In this document: positions 38,357 to 52,020 of the stretch, in pieces
Position numbering within the stretch: the first letter of the stretch is position 1
How the letters are laid out: every line of letters starts with the position of its first letter
From: Bilabrum cf. latius
Lineage: Eukaryota
DNA length: 64,000 nucleotides
Direction: 5' to 3'
Assembly (NCBI GenBank): GCA_965178125.1
Contig: OZ237760.1
Span: 186,001-250,000, forward strand
Position numbers and translations under genes: made by a program
Notes under the pieces: model-generated
What the model saw: only the letters and a program-made list of their open reading frames with translations
Databases searched by the model: none
What the model was told of the DNA's origin: nothing

Positions 38357-41300
38357 TCAGTGCACCGCAGCGCGCACCTCGAGAGCCCCCTGAGGCCACA
38401 CTCGTGCATCCACCTCCACTCGACACTTCTTCTCAAACCCTTCCGCTGGCCCTTGCTCTTGCCCTTGCCCCTGCCCTTGCCCTTGCCCTTCGCCGCCACC
38501 TGCAGCACCAGCCTTCTGCTCCACGCGAAATGCGCATCCAACGAATCGGTGCACGCTGCCCCTGGTGCCCTTGTGCAAGGCATCAGTCCCACCCGGGCTC
38601 GTCCCATTAAACTTGCCATCGCCAAAATAATCATCATTGCCATCGCCATCATCATCGCCATAGTCCATGTCTGTCTGAAACCAGCACAGCACGCTCATTG
38701 GTCCCTCGACCAGCGGAGCGCCAGTGTCCATCGGCAAGGAGACACTCCCTCCCCAGTAGCGTTCCTCCCAGGGATCGTGACCCTTGACCTCCTCGCTCTC
38801 AGCCCGGGCCGAGGATGCCTCACCAGCCGAGGATCCGATCGGAGGGGGCACTCCGAAGGGGATCCTGAGCAGCGCGCAGGCTGGCCCCACGGCGGTGAAG
38901 GTGGGCCACGTCCCCTCGGGCCACGCTCGAACAGGCGGCGAGCCTGCGGGTGCGCAGGCTGTGGAGGCGCTTGTGCTGCTACTACTGCTGTTCGCATGCA
39001 CTGTACTCGTCATGCTGGTACTCATGGTGCCGACAACACCCCCTCCTGATTGTGTCTCCCCCCTCTGGCAGTACCCATGCACGTCGTGCACGCAGTCCGT
39101 AGACAACCCATTCATGCCACCCGAGCACGCATGTATCGCAGCAGCTGGTCCCATGCCACCTGCTGCAAGATCAGTATCGACCGCAAACGTACCCGCAATC
39201 CCTGGGCTGTGCACCAGGCAGCCCCACAATGTGAGTCCATGCGGCGAAATGCGCCCACCTCTGCCTATTCCAGAACCCTTCGCAGAGGTTTGGGCCTCGC
39301 TTTGATTCCCTCGCGTCGCTGTGGATGCACTGGGCCGAAGCATGAACCGACGCACGAGCGCTGCTGTTGGCAGCACGTGCGGCCGGATCATCCCATGGCT
39401 ATCCAGCGGATCCAGGCGTACCTCGTCAAGTAGAGAAACGATCGAGTTGTCCACTGCTCCTGACACTCCTGACTTTGCCCCTGAGCCCATCGACATGCGT
39501 GTGCCAATGGACTGTACGCATCCCTGCACGCTGTCCACCGCAGGCAGCTGCGACCCGCCGACAGAGCCGATCGAACTTATCCCTATTTGACTGCCCTCTG
39601 CCTTGACCCCGCCATCGCTTTGGCCGACCAGCTCGATCCTTGAGGCCCACAGTGCCCCTGCCGGTGACGCGAGCCAGCTCGCGATCGACGCTGCAAGTGT
39701 CGACGCCCTTGAAAGCTGCAACCCGTGTGGATTTGGATCGGTGCCTAGAGGCAGAGGGGAGAGCGCGTCATCAACTGCGCCATTGGAGTCCTCACTCTCG
39801 CCCTGGCCGTCCCCGCCGAGTCCTCCCAGCAGCAGGGTACCGCCACCCTCCTGCATGCTGGATGCCAGGGCGAGTGCCCCCAGTGGCAGCCCGGAGCAGA
39901 GGTCCAGGATAGCTGGCTGCTCACCATCGGTTGCACCGCCATGGTCGACTCTTTCTAATATGGTCTTCTATTCCGAAGCAGCATTGGGCGCTTTGTCGCT
40001 GCGGTTAGATCTTCCATGCACCTGTGTAGCCAGCCAGTCGTTGGCACGACCCATCTGGTGCTGATCCAGAATAACCAGGCGCGTCGACCGAGACTCGGCC
40101 TTACTCACAGGTGGTGTTGTCACAGGTGGTGTCGAATCGTCAAGAGCTATTCTGCCCGTAGGGCCCGTCCCGGCAGTCACCATGGCAGCAACGGTTGTAT
40201 CACGCTGGTCAGGCCTCCACCGCATGCACAGACAATCGCCCAACAGCTAGTAGCTAGCTAGCACACGATCGCCCGGCCTCACAACAAGCTCATCACCCGC
40301 ACCTACGGATCCTACAGCGCTCGAATTGATCCAAGATCCAGGAGATACCACCGGCACGCGGGCATGTCCCTTTGGCACGACCTTCAAGTCGCACGGTAGG
40401 GCCGGGAACCCAGACGATGGCCCCGTCTCTTTGTCCACCGCTGCCACTTCTGCTAGCTTGGCCACCCCGGTAGCCACATCTACGTCCCAGTCCTTCACAG
40501 GCAGGAACAGCGCATGGTCCCAGTTGCCGCAGGTGGATGACTGGGACGATCCATCGCTTGCGGCTGCAGGAGCAGAGCGTTGCGCTACCTTGTCGGTGCC
40601 TTGGCAGGTTCGGTGGGCGTAGGCGTCTGCAGGTGTGTCTGGTGTTCCCTCTCGTACGGCATGTGTCCCATCGATGCTTGGTGCCGACATGATCACGATC
40701 GGGCCACTGACACCAAGCTCGGCTGGCTCGCAAGAGGTGCCTGCAGCACAAGAAGAGCCACTAGGCGAGCTCGATGACTCGTACTCTTTCTCGTCGTAGC
40801 GCAGCACCAGCTCGAAACGGGTTGCCACGCAGTCCACGATGCCGGACTTCGTTTGGGTCACTGATGTCCTCGACGAGGCCAGAGTTGTAGAGCTTGCACT
40901 GTCACCAGTACCAGAGCCAGGACAGTTAGGCTCAGCAGCACCGCCCCATCCGATGGGAAAAATGATATTTCCTCGCAGCTCGGCATCATCGTCCAGCACA
41001 TGGTACACCGGCACGTGGCCGAGGCTCCTGGCACCCAGGCATCGTCTCGCCCGCCCCAGCGATTCTTCCCTGCAAGCGCCCATTGCCAGGGCGAACACAG
41101 GCATCTCCGGGCCGAGTGTCCTGTGCGGAACCGCATCAATTCTGTCGCAGCAGTACGGCTCGCACAAGCTGGGCGTGCAGGAGCCCAGGTAGCTCGCACT
41201 GGCTGGGGTGAGGTCGCAGGGCGTGCGTCCTCGGGGCAGCGCGAGCCTCGTCCTGCGCCGCAGTGCGCTGCACTCTACCGGCGTGGCCAGGACAATGGCC

Positions 41301-42178
41301 AGCTCTGGCACTGCCTGGCACGCCCCCGCTCCTTGTTCGCACAGGCGGGTGGCAGCCTGCCTCAGGGTGGAGAACACACCTTCGCCCAGCAGCCCAGAGT
41401 CGAGCACCTCGCTGAGGAGGAGGCGAGCACGGCCTCGAGCAGCTGCTCCGGATTTCGGTTTGTGCTCGCCCATGTTTGAATCGCTGGGGGGTAATCCGTC
41501 TAGTTCCCTGGAATCGACGTTCATGACGGCAATCGAGGGCGGCTGGGTCCCGCCGCTGCCCGAGTCGGCTGGTGCGCGGTACAGCGCCCGCTGGCAAGTA
41601 TGAGCGAGAGCAGAGCTGCTTTCGATTGCAAGAACTCGTTCCACTCTCTTGTCTTTGTGATGCTGCGCAGCATCCATGCAGTAGGCTCCCAGCAAGCCTG
41701 CCCCAGCGCCAATGTCCAAGACGGTGTGCCGACCGGGCGGCATCGCTTGGATGGCGCGTTGAATCGCCAATCGGTACGCAGCATTCCTCGATCGGTCATT
41801 CATCATTCGAAAATGCCATCTCGGGGCAATCTGAGACATGCTCGACCTATGCGCCTCGAGTGCTAGCCCGTGAAGCGGCGTGGGTGCGGCGAGGGTGGCC
41901 TCTTTGAATTCTTTGGCTGCCTCTACTTCGAGGCCGTTTTCTCGCAGAAAATTTGCGTAGCATAACCGGACTCCAACCATGTTTCTGTGTATCAGCAGTG
42001 GGGTTACGCACAAGCTGGCCGCTTTATGAAGAGGGAATCCCAGCTCCTCCATTGCGAACTCTGCCGCATGCACGGCGAGCCTTCCAATCGCAAAGTCATT
42101 CTCAACTGCAAGCTCGGAATCATGTCGGATCTTTTCGCAGATCAACCGGAGCTGGGTGATGGGGTCCTACTCCTCCAT
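38357..42178 (-). CDS. Protein arginine N-methyltransferase, PRMT7/PRMT9 family; 3 in-frame TAGs
   Basis: RWHFRMMNDRSRNAAY, VLDIGAGAGLL and SEVLDSGLLGEG, a TPR-like helix upstream and a degenerate second domain (WFQ). TAGs at 42167, 40247 and 39968; stop TGA. The start could instead be 42250. Confidence 0.85.
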
Positions 42179-42351
42179 GCTTTTCGAATGAGACAAGCTG
42201 AAAGGCCAGTTGCAGTTGACCGGCAGCACGCCGGCGGCAATTGGCTGCATCGCTTTCTGCCGGGGGAAAAACACGCACGTAGCACGCACGACGCTCTGTG
42301 CGCGGACTGCACGCCAAGCTAAACTAGAAACAAGTATTCAATGGCACATCA

Positions 42352-44771
42352 TCATTGGCCGAGCCCGGTCGCAGACATGCCCTCGAACCCAGCTGGAGGC
42401 CCTCCGCTCTGGGCCTAGATCTACCCCACCGGAGCAACCCCCTCCGGCACGTCGCCCCCTTGCCGCAGCACAGCCAAAGCCCGCGCAGACGCAGACGCCC
42501 CCAAATCGCCCTACGACGCCTCACCCTCGCTTCCGATGGTTCCCATCGCCACGGCAGCGGCGGACCCCGAGGACCCAGCCGCAGCCGAGGACCCAGCCCC
42601 AGCCTCTTCCTCCCCGTCCTCTTTCTCCGCAAACGGGGCCTTGGCCGCCTCGAGCACCCCCTGCACGCGGGCCGTCTGCCTGCGCACCGCTTCCTCCGCC
42701 CTGGCCAGAGACTCAGACCGCGCTGCCTCGAGCACGCCCTGCAGCCTCTCTTTGTGCGCAGCGATGGCCATCATCGATGCGTAGATCACGTCCTCCTTGT
42801 CCCTCCTCTCCGCCTCCATCTCCTGCCCCTCCCGCCTAGTCTCCTTCTCGAAACGGCCCAGGGCGTCACCGCCCACCCCCTTCGCCTCCGAGTCCCTCGC
42901 GTCCAGGTCCTCCCTCGCCCCCATGATGTCGCCCTCCAGCTGCTCCATCTCGTCAGCGCCGCTCGTCAGGTGGGCCTCCAGCGCCTCCTTCTCACGCCTG
43001 TACGAGTCTTCCAGGGAACGAACCCGCTTCTCCAGATCCTGCGTGCGTCTCCTGACGTCCTGTGTGCCCTCGCTCACCTGCTCGGTCTCATCCAGGAGCT
43101 CCAGCGCCTCGGTCTTGGCCTCGTGCGCCCGCTGCAAAAAGCTCTGCTTGAGCTCCCTCAGCGCGGGAAGAACCTCGCTGCCGATGTCCCTGCCCAGCAG
43201 ACCAGCCGTGCCTGCCCTCGACATGGAAGTAGCGAGGCTTTCCCGTCCCCTGCCCCTGGCACCTTTCCGAGCAGACGCCATCGGCCCGCCCACCCCCGAG
43301 GCACCCAGGCTCTCAGACACCCCCGCCCCGATGGCCGAGGGGTTCACCTCCAGCTCGAATTCGGTGCCGTTGGCGTGCTTGTCGTCGGGCGGGAGGAGCC
43401 GGAGCTCCGCGGCGGCCGCGTGGTACTCCTCCACGGCCCCTTGCAGCCCCTCGAGCGCCTGCTGCACCTGCATGCCGGCCTCGAAGGAAGCCCTCTGGGC
43501 CTGCTCCCTCTTGCCCTGCGCCGCCTTGGTCTGCTGCACGAGGTAGTCCCGCCTCTCCTCCGTCTGCCTCACGTCCTCAACGGACATTTCCTGGTGCTCC
43601 AGCGTGTCCTGCAGTCGCCCCACCTCTGCCTCGGCCTCCTCGGCCGCTTCCTCCGCGCGCTCCGCCTCGCTGACGGCGGCGTCCAGCTTGGCCTGAAGGG
43701 CGTCCCTGTGCGCCTCCAGGTCAGAGATCAGCTTAATGAACTTCTCCCTGTCCGACAGGAAATCGTCCCTCCTTGACCTAGCGGCGGGGAGCTCCTCGCC
43801 CTTGGCCTGCAGCCGCGCCAGCTCCGCCTTGAGCTCCGCCGTCTCGTCTCGCATGGCGTCTGTCTCCGCCCTGATCTCGTCGTGCTTGGCGCCGAATGTG
43901 TCCGCGATCTCAGAGTCCAGTGCCTCGAACGCGTCGTCGTCGCCCGACAAAAAGGCCGCGTAGGACGACTGGAGGTAGTTGAAGAAGAAACGCTCGTCCC
44001 CTCCCGCGCCCTCCCCGTCCTCCTCCGACTCGCGGACTCGCTGGTCGTACTCGAGCAGCTCCAGAAGCCAGGCAATGGAGGCAAGCAAGGCGGGCCATGT
44101 GTGCGGGGATCCCACGGCGGTAAGGCCTGTCTTTGATATGCCAAACGGGTACCTGAGGGCTTTGAACACGAGCGGCACCTCCTCTTCCACCCTTGACTGC
44201 ATCGTGTAGGAGCCGTCCAGCAGCCGAAAGAGAAATAGCACAATGTTCTAGAAATCCTTGCCAGTAGGATGCTTCAGAATCTTTTGTGAAATCCTCTGCT
44301 GGAAGTCGTTTTCGAGCAGGAACGTAACCAACTGGTTGATAGAATCGAGCTGGAATGCACCGGACGTGATGGGCCGGGGGTCAGCCCGCTTCGAGGCTAG
44401 CCCACCCTTTCCAAATATGCTCGATCTCCTGCAGTGGTTAAACGTAAAGGGTGCAGTCTCTGGTATCTTCGCGGGGAGCAAAAAATCATGCACGACGTCA
44501 GTCACCACGGAAGTACTTTGCATAGCAAAATAAACCCAGTACGTGCAATAGCTGAATAATTAGGTCCTAAAACACACCTGCTTGAACTGGCTGGTCTTGC
44601 GGTGGAACCAGGGGCAATCGAATGTCGAGCGCGAGCTCGCTTGCCGCCGCCTGCGCCTGCGCCACCACCAGCTGCCCCTCCCATAGATCGGCGTGATTTG
44701 CCGCCCATCGATGCTCTTGGAAGCATATTGCTACCAATTGGGCCCAAGGTAGTGCGTCTTGCTGACGACAT
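42352..44771 (-). CDS. NDC80: Kinetochore protein NDC80/HEC1; intron 44429-44577; 4 in-frame TAGs
   Basis: DPRPI..FLLEN..PTGKDF*NIVLFLF..EEEVP..LRYPF.ISK..AVGSPHTWPALLASIAWLLEL, followed by a long coiled coil. TAGs at 44248, 42511, 42421 and 42415; first TGA at 42352. Confidence 0.93.
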
Positions 44772-45150
44772 GGTTCAGGATTGGAGTCTGACCCTTTGAA
44801 CGATAAACGGCTTGGAGGATAATACGGATTGTTTTGGTTGCGAGTGGTTTTACAGTTCACCAAACTGGGTCCAAATTTGAGTGTAAGCCGAGTGATCTAC
44901 GCTTCTGCAGGGGCTATATTTGTTTATTGGTGAACTTCAATACTTCTCTTTGCTTCTCGACCGTTTGTGGGCGTATAGTCCGATTGAGTCGGTCCTACCG
45001 CTAGTTCTGCGACCCATTGCCTAGATGGCGCTTAACCCTGCCGTGATGGAAAGAGAAAACAGTTTCCCGCTTGAGGATATCGAACAGCCGTAGACAAATC
45101 CGAGCGGGCAGACAGGTGGAGCCTCTGCACCCGCAGCCGCGGGGTTCTCC

Positions 45151-47024
45151 ATGGATGTTGAAGCTGGCGGTGCGTCTGCGGGTGGTGGTGCTGCCGCTGC
45201 CTCGGCCCCACAAGACCCGATGCAAGCGTCGTATGACCCCAGCCCAACGTACGGTACCACAGCTACTGGCAATACGCAGCAAGTGTCTCCGTTGCATGCG
45301 CAACCCGCGCCTGGATTCGGGCCAAGCCTGCGCCGGCAGGACTCGCGAAGCGCTGTGGACAGGGTGCGGGGGCTGTTCCGAGATCCAAGCCAGAATGGAG
45401 TCCAGGAGGAAACGTTTTTGTGGTGAGTTGCTTCAATCGGGACCTGCCTTCTGCCCGATACTGCCTGCGCCGCCCTTGATGCAGCACCAGACAAATCCGA
45501 GTTGCCACTGCCACAGGCGCATACCCACGCCCTGCCCCTCTCCACCAGGACGCTACCCAACCGCTGCCTCTTCCCATCACAGCCCGATCTGCTTCGAGAA
45601 CCTCAACGTGAAGGACGGGTTTAGGTTGCAGGGGTGCAGCGAGCACAACCTCTGCCGAAATTGCGCGATGGCATACGTCCAGACGTACATCAACAACGGC
45701 GGGGCTGTTAGGGAGATGACGTGCCCCATCGGGGACGAGTGCCAGGTGCAGTTCTCGCCCCTTGACGTGCGCAGACTGGACCCCGAGCAGGGGGAGGGTC
45801 CGCTGTTCCAGCGATACATCAAGTTCTTCAAGCAGCAGTCTGGCAAGCACGCCCCCTGTCCCAAGTGTGGCTTCCTGAATGAGGGCAACCCGGAGCAGAC
45901 GGTCAAGATGCAGTGCAAGGAGTGCAGCACGAAGTACTGCTTCCACCACGGCAATCAGCACGACCCCGACAAGGAGACTTGCGACCAGTACCTGCGGCGG
46001 ACGGCCCAGGCACAGCAGGAGACCGACCGGATCATCCAGACGACCACGAGCGAGTGCCCCGGTTGCGGGGCACTTATCAACAAGACGCGAGGATGCAACC
46101 ACGTGAGAGAAATACCGCGCTGTGCAATACAAGGCACCTAGTTGCCGTGGATTCGGATATAGGTGCCTTGCATTGTAATGGATTCCCTCGCCCCTCGCTA
46201 TGATGAGCTCCATCCATTCTCGCCCCCCTTCACAATCACTGCCCTCGCAGATGGTGAGTGTGCACCACATCCATCTGCTTTTGGCTGCTATCCATAGCCC
46301 CGCCGAAGTCGAGCCCTCGTTCAGCCGCTGCTATCGCGCACGGCGGTACCCCGCGCGGACGAGACTCATACGCTCGATGGATCTGGTCTCAATGCCTACA
46401 CCATGTCCTAAATGTGTGCGCCCAGCAGCAGTAACTTCCTCGCTATTTGTAAGAACCTCCTGCTCTCACTCGTCACATGATTCGCAGACATGCCGGCAGT
46501 GCAGGGTGGAGCATTGCTACCTGTGCGGCGAGCGCATCGGGCGAGGGGCGCCCGAGTCCGTGGGGCAGCACTACGCCACTGGCAACAGCGCAGGGTGCCC
46601 CGGGATGCACTTCACGAACGCGGCCCCCCGCAGCCGGGTCCGTTCACCGGAGGAGAGGCAAAGGGCTAGGGAGAGAGCGGAGGCCGCCGAGCGATGCCAG
46701 CAGGCTTGGAGGCCTGTCCTGCTGGTCCTGGCGATCATGCTCTTCCCAGTTGCAATGGTCACCACGCTCGCCATGATGGCGATCACCGTTCCGCTGCTGT
46801 CCGTCTGCATGCCGTTCCTTGCGATCCTGGAAGACGACGACTGCGACTGCTGCCCAGGGAACTGCACGCCCTTCCAGGTGGTGTGCTGCTGCTTCGCGCC
46901 GTGCTTCGACAACCCGGACGACTGCCTGCAGAGCATGTTCACGCCGTGCATCTATCAGTGGAGGTACTGGGTGTGGTGCTGCAACACGGTGCTGGGCGAT
47001 GACACGTGCGACGACGACTGCTGA
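45151..47024 (+). CDS. RBR (RING1-IBR-RING2) E3 ubiquitin ligase with C-terminal TM and Cys-rich tail; exons 45151-45422, 45583-46102, 46251-46253, 46488-47024
   Basis: Splicing gives FLCPICFE..CSEHNLCRNC..CP (RING1), CPKC..CKEC..YCFHH (IBR) and CPGC..GCNH|M|TCRQC..HCYLC (RING2). All junctions are GT-AG; stop TGA. Confidence 0.9.
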
Positions 47025-47264
47025 TGGATACCATGCCGATGGGGCTGCAAGATGGAAGTCTGCTATCCTGGGTCAATCTGCTACATGCGATGCGGCTCGT
47101 CGATAGTTAGGTCCGGATGCAGCTTGTGAACGGATTGCATGGCGCCGACAGCTACGCATGCAGCAGACAGCAACGGCGACAGCGACCTTTGGATCGTCAA
47201 CTTCAAGTTGAAGAAGAAGATATCGCCAGGTGGCGGTCCCTCGCTACAATCAGGCTGCAGGTGT

Positions 47265-49940
47265 ATGCTTTGGGCATGCATAGCATGTTTACTCCTCAGT
47301 TTGGGGGTTAACGCAAAGCATGGGTATTCTTCGGGTCTCCTGCAATCTATCCCAATTGCATGGGCCCAGTTGCAGACTGGTGCCGTCACATCGATGCAGC
47401 TGCCAAGTCGTAGGCAGCCAGTCCATGCGCACACAGCCGGGCGATTGGGAAATGTGCTATTCTAGCTTACGGTATAGCGGAGCATTTGGGGGTTGTTGCA
47501 TGATGCGTGTCATTCTGCGGCTAGTAGGAATTCCAATTCTTCAATTTCACCTGAGCGATTGCTGCGCATTGCTTGCCCTAGGGGGGCCAACTTTCGAAGA
47601 CCAGAACCCATATAGCCATATGATATAATTGGAGCAACGGTAGCTGACACTGGCACGATATTCCCAGCATAGGACACCTGGCGAACCCGAGGCTTTTCAC
47701 GAGCACTTGAATTGAGTTTGACAGCACCACGAGACGTGCAGTACCACGTACAGTCGCGATCTCAATAGTTTACAAATATGCTTGAGGACAGGAATTCCTC
47801 GGCTGACCTTCAATTGACCGGCCAGCACAGAGATCGTGGGGTTTTGCTCATAGTCCAAACGATTGCTTCGCTGCACACTGCTATCAAGTCGGAATCTTGG
47901 CTTGGGATCGCACCGTGGCGCGTGGCAGAACTTCTCAACGCAACCTAGAAACATATGTACCAGGGTCTTGCCATTCCGAGTCTAGATGTCGCCATCGCGG
48001 CTGATATTGACGACACCAACGCCATGGCTGTATTGCCCGGCTCCCCTGCCCGCGGCGTGCCCCACCTGATCCAGACCAGCTTGTTCCCTGGCATCGACAC
48101 CAATCTTGGCGCTCTCATACAGGCCGCCGGCGAGGGCCGTACCGGCGAGGGCCGTACCGGCGGCACTGATTCGCCCAGCGCACGCACGCACCTGGCAGCG
48201 ACCGCAGCGGGTGGTGGTGCGGGTGGATCTCCCGGTGCTGTGGAGTGGTCGGTGATGTCTTACGGACACGCCGAGGCCCTGCCGGTCGTGTTTGCCCACC
48301 CTGCGGGCCACCGGGACACGTGTCGTGCAGTGGCGCCGCCCGTTGGAGTAGCGGCGGCGCTGCGGCTGCTGCTGTCGTGGCCGGGTCGGGGCGACACGGC
48401 GGGGTGGGCACGGCTGCAGGATCGGATCAGGGAGGCTGAAGTGGGTGCATCGCACGGCGGTGACATCAGGAGGTGCCATCGTCCGTCGTTCTGCCAGCTG
48501 GTGGCGATGATGTGCCCGGCCCTGGTCACCGGTGGCTCGCTTAATCCGGATGGCGGGTCGTCGTGCCCTGGGGGCGTGCTTCGGCTGACTCCCATGATGC
48601 AGCTGTACTGCAGGGAGTGGAAGCCCGTCACTCGGGACGGCTATACGGCCGCAGATGTGGCAAGCTTCGAGCGAGCTGCAGGCAAGGGGCGGTGGCGTCA
48701 GATCGAGTTGGCTTTGGGGGGGCAAACACGATCGCAGGACGGCAGGACGGGCGCTGCGCTGGGGCTGTAGATGGCGAGACAGATGCAGGGGCGGTGGGAG
48801 TCGGACCACAGCGGGGCTGGTCAGCAGGCGGCATGTGGGTCTGGGCATGAGCTAGCTCGGGAGCTGAGCGCGGGCGGGAGCGTGGCGGATGTGGGGGAGG
48901 GCAAGACTGCGGCAGTCTCGCTGTCCTCGCTGCACCGTGCCAGACGGGCTGCTGCCCAGGCCCTGCCCCCATTGTTGCGGGCGGGCATCCCCGAGGCGGG
49001 CGGGCCGAAGCTGGTGTGCGTGCACCACCGTAAGTTCGAGTCGTATGCGGTGGCATTCCGGTGGGAGCACCCTGTGCGGTTCACGGTGGAGGCCACGGCC
49101 GTCGCGGCTGCAGACGCGGATCCTGGTGCATTCCGTCGGGCGGTGTTGGCGGTGACTGGCATGGATGTGGGGTTGCGAAGGGTGATGCCTCGGTGGGCAG
49201 GGTCTGTGGAAGCGAGTGAAGCAATAGGCACTGCCGAGGCCTCGGCGGAGCTGGATCTGCGTCAGGTGGTGCTTGCTCTGTCGTCTCGGCCGGGCGTTGC
49301 TGTGGACGTGCTGGAGCACATGCAGCAAGCAGGGGCGGTGCGGCTTGTGCTTGCGTCGATAGATCCTGGCTTTGCGCGTGCTTCCGAGCCTAAGTTCGCA
49401 TCTTTGCTATCGTGGTCGGTGCATGCCCTGGACACGATCGGGATGGACGCTCTGCTGGACCTTTAGGGGCTGGCGCTTTGCGACTCGCTGGTGGAAGGGG
49501 CGTCGACGTTCAGCCTGTGGGCGGGGCTGGTGGGGGAGCAGGCGGTGCAGGGGGCTGGGGCGCGGGTGCTGGCAGGGACGTCATTGGGTGGTGGTGGTGT
49601 CCGTGTGAACGGTGCAGGCGTGCGATTGGGCGATCTGTCGGTGCCTGCCCGTCGGTGCAGCCTGCGCCCGCCGCTGAGCTCGCTGTCTCAGCTTGAGGGC
49701 GATCCTTTGCTGGGGCCTCCGACGGGGGGCTGCGGTCGGTTGGCGGTGGAGTGGTGGCACGCGCAACGGGCGGCGTGGATGGGCCCTTACGGTGTGACGA
49801 GTGCGCTGTGGGGCGCTGGATCTGCGAGGGATGCAGCTGACGTGTTCTATGCGGCGGCTGCTCGGTACGAGTTGGCGTGGGGTGGGCGACTTGGGTCTGC
49901 CGAGCTGGGGCCAGCGCCTGTGGGACCGTACCTGGCATGA
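47265..49940 (+). CDS. GT11-like (alpha-1,2-fucosyltransferase-type) glycosyltransferase, copy A; 8 in-frame TAGs
   Basis: N-terminal signal/anchor; GRLGNVLF*, VCVHHRKFE and DL*GLALCDSLVEGASTFSLWAGL parallel the GT11 motifs GxLGNxxFQ, HxRRGD and STFSWW. TAGs at 47463, 47475, 47613, 47670, 47766, 47946, 48768 and 49464; stop TGA. Confidence 0.75.
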
Positions 49941-52020
49941 GTTGGATCTAATTTGCTGTTTTCCTTTGCAGCGCTCTATTGTCATTGTGTTCTTCTTCTA
50001 TACTTGAATGAAGATGAAGATGATATACATCTATAATTTATTCTTGAATTAACATCTTGAGTAGTTCTAGAGTGAACTGAATCCAGCCTCCCTAGTATGA
50101 CTGGGAACCTATTATGCTAAATAAGGTCCCACAGGCGCTGGCCCCAGCTCGGCAGACCCAAGTCGCCCACCCCACGCCAACTCGTACCGAGCAGCCGCCG
50201 CATAGAACACGTCAGCTGCATCCCTCGCAGATCCAGCGCCCCACAGCGCACTCATCACACCGTATGGGCCCATCCACGCCGCCCGTTGCGCGTGCCACCA
50301 CTCCACCGCCAACCGACCGCAGCCCCCCGTCGGAGGCCCCAGCAAAGGGTCTCCCTCCAGCTGAGACAGTGAGCTCAGCGGCGGGCGCAGGCTGCACCGA
50401 CGGGCAGGCACCGACAGATCGCCCAATCGCACGCCTGCACCGTTCACACGGACACCACCACCACCCAATGACGTCCCTGCCAGCACCCGCGCCCCAGCCC
50501 CCTGCACCGCCTGCTCCCCCACCAGCCCCGCCCACAGGCTGAACGTCGACGCCCCTTCCACCAGCGAGTCGCACAGCGCCAGCCCCTAAAGGTCCAGCAG
50601 AGCGTCCATCCCGATCGTGTCCAGGGCATGCACCGACCACGATAGCAAAGATGCGAACTTTGGCTCGGAAGCACGTGCAAAGCCAGGATCTATCGACGCA
50701 AGCACAAGCCGCACCGCCCCTGCTTGCTGCATGTGCTCCAGCACGTCCACAGCAACGCCCGGCCGAGACGACAGAGCAAGCACCACCAGACGCAGATCCA
50801 GCTCCGGCGAGGCCTCGGCAGTGCCTAGTGCTTCACTCGCTTCCACAGACCCTGTCCATCGAGGCATCACCCTGGGCCCACTCGATCGCAACCCCACATC
50901 CATGCCAGTCACCGCCAACACCGCCCGACGGAATGCACCAGGATCCGCGTCTGCAGCCGCGATGGCCGTGGCCTCCACCGTGAACCGCACAGGGTGCTCC
51001 CACCGGAATGCCACCGCATACGACTCGAACTTACGGTGGTGCACGCACACCAGCTTTGGCCCACCCGCCTCGGGGATGCCCGCCCGCAATAATGGGGGCA
51101 GGGCCTGGGCAGCAGCCCGTCTGGCACGGTGCAGCGAGGACAGCGAGCCTGCCGCAGTCTCGCCCTCCCCCACATCCGCCACGCTCCCGCCCGCGCTCAG
51201 CTCCCGAGCTAGCTCATGCCCAGACCCGCATGTCGTCTACTGCCCAGCCGCGCTGTGGTCCGACTCCCACCGCCCCTGCATGTGTCTCGCCATCTACAGC
51301 CCCAGCGCAGCGCCCGTCCTGCCGTCTTGCGATCGTGTTTGCCCCCCCAGAGCCAACTCGATCTGACGCCACCGCCCCTCGCCTGCAGCTCGCTCGAAGC
51401 TTGCCACGTCCGCGGCCGTGTCGCCATTCCGAGTGATGGGCTTCCACTCCCTGCAGTACAGCTGCATCATGGGAGTCAGCCGAAGCACGCCCCCAGGGCA
51501 CGACGACCCGCCATCCGGATCCAGCGAGCCACCGGTGACCAGGGCCGGGCACATCATCGCCACCAGCTGGCAGAACGACGGACGATGGCACCTCATGATG
51601 TCACCGCCATGCGATGCACCCACTTCAGCCTCCCTGACCCGATCCTGCAGCCGCGCCCACCCCGCCGTGTCGCCCCGCCCTGGCCACGACAGCAGCAGCC
51701 GCAGCGCCGCCGCTACTCCAACGGGCGGCGCCACGGCTCGACACGTGTCCCGGTGGCCCGCAGGGTGGGCAAACACGACCGGCAGGGCCTCGGCGTGCCC
51801 GTACGACATCACCGACCACTCCACAGCACCGGGAGATCCATCCGCACCACCACCCGCTGCGGTCGCTGCCTGGTGCGTGCGTGCGCTGGGCGAATCAGTG
51901 CCGCCGGTACGGCCCTCGCCGGCGGCCTGTATGAGAGCGCCGAGATTGGTGTCGGTGCCAGGGAACAAGCTGGTCTGGACCAGGTGGGGCACGCCGCGGG
52001 CAGGGGAGCCGGGCATGACC
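48030..52020. repeat. Long inverted repeat: arms about 48030-49937 and 50115-52020 with a ~175-bp AT-rich spacer
   Basis: The arms are near-identical reverse complements; for example, the 149-aa translations of 49491-49940 and 50112-50561 differ at one residue. Small indels are present. Confidence 0.95.
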
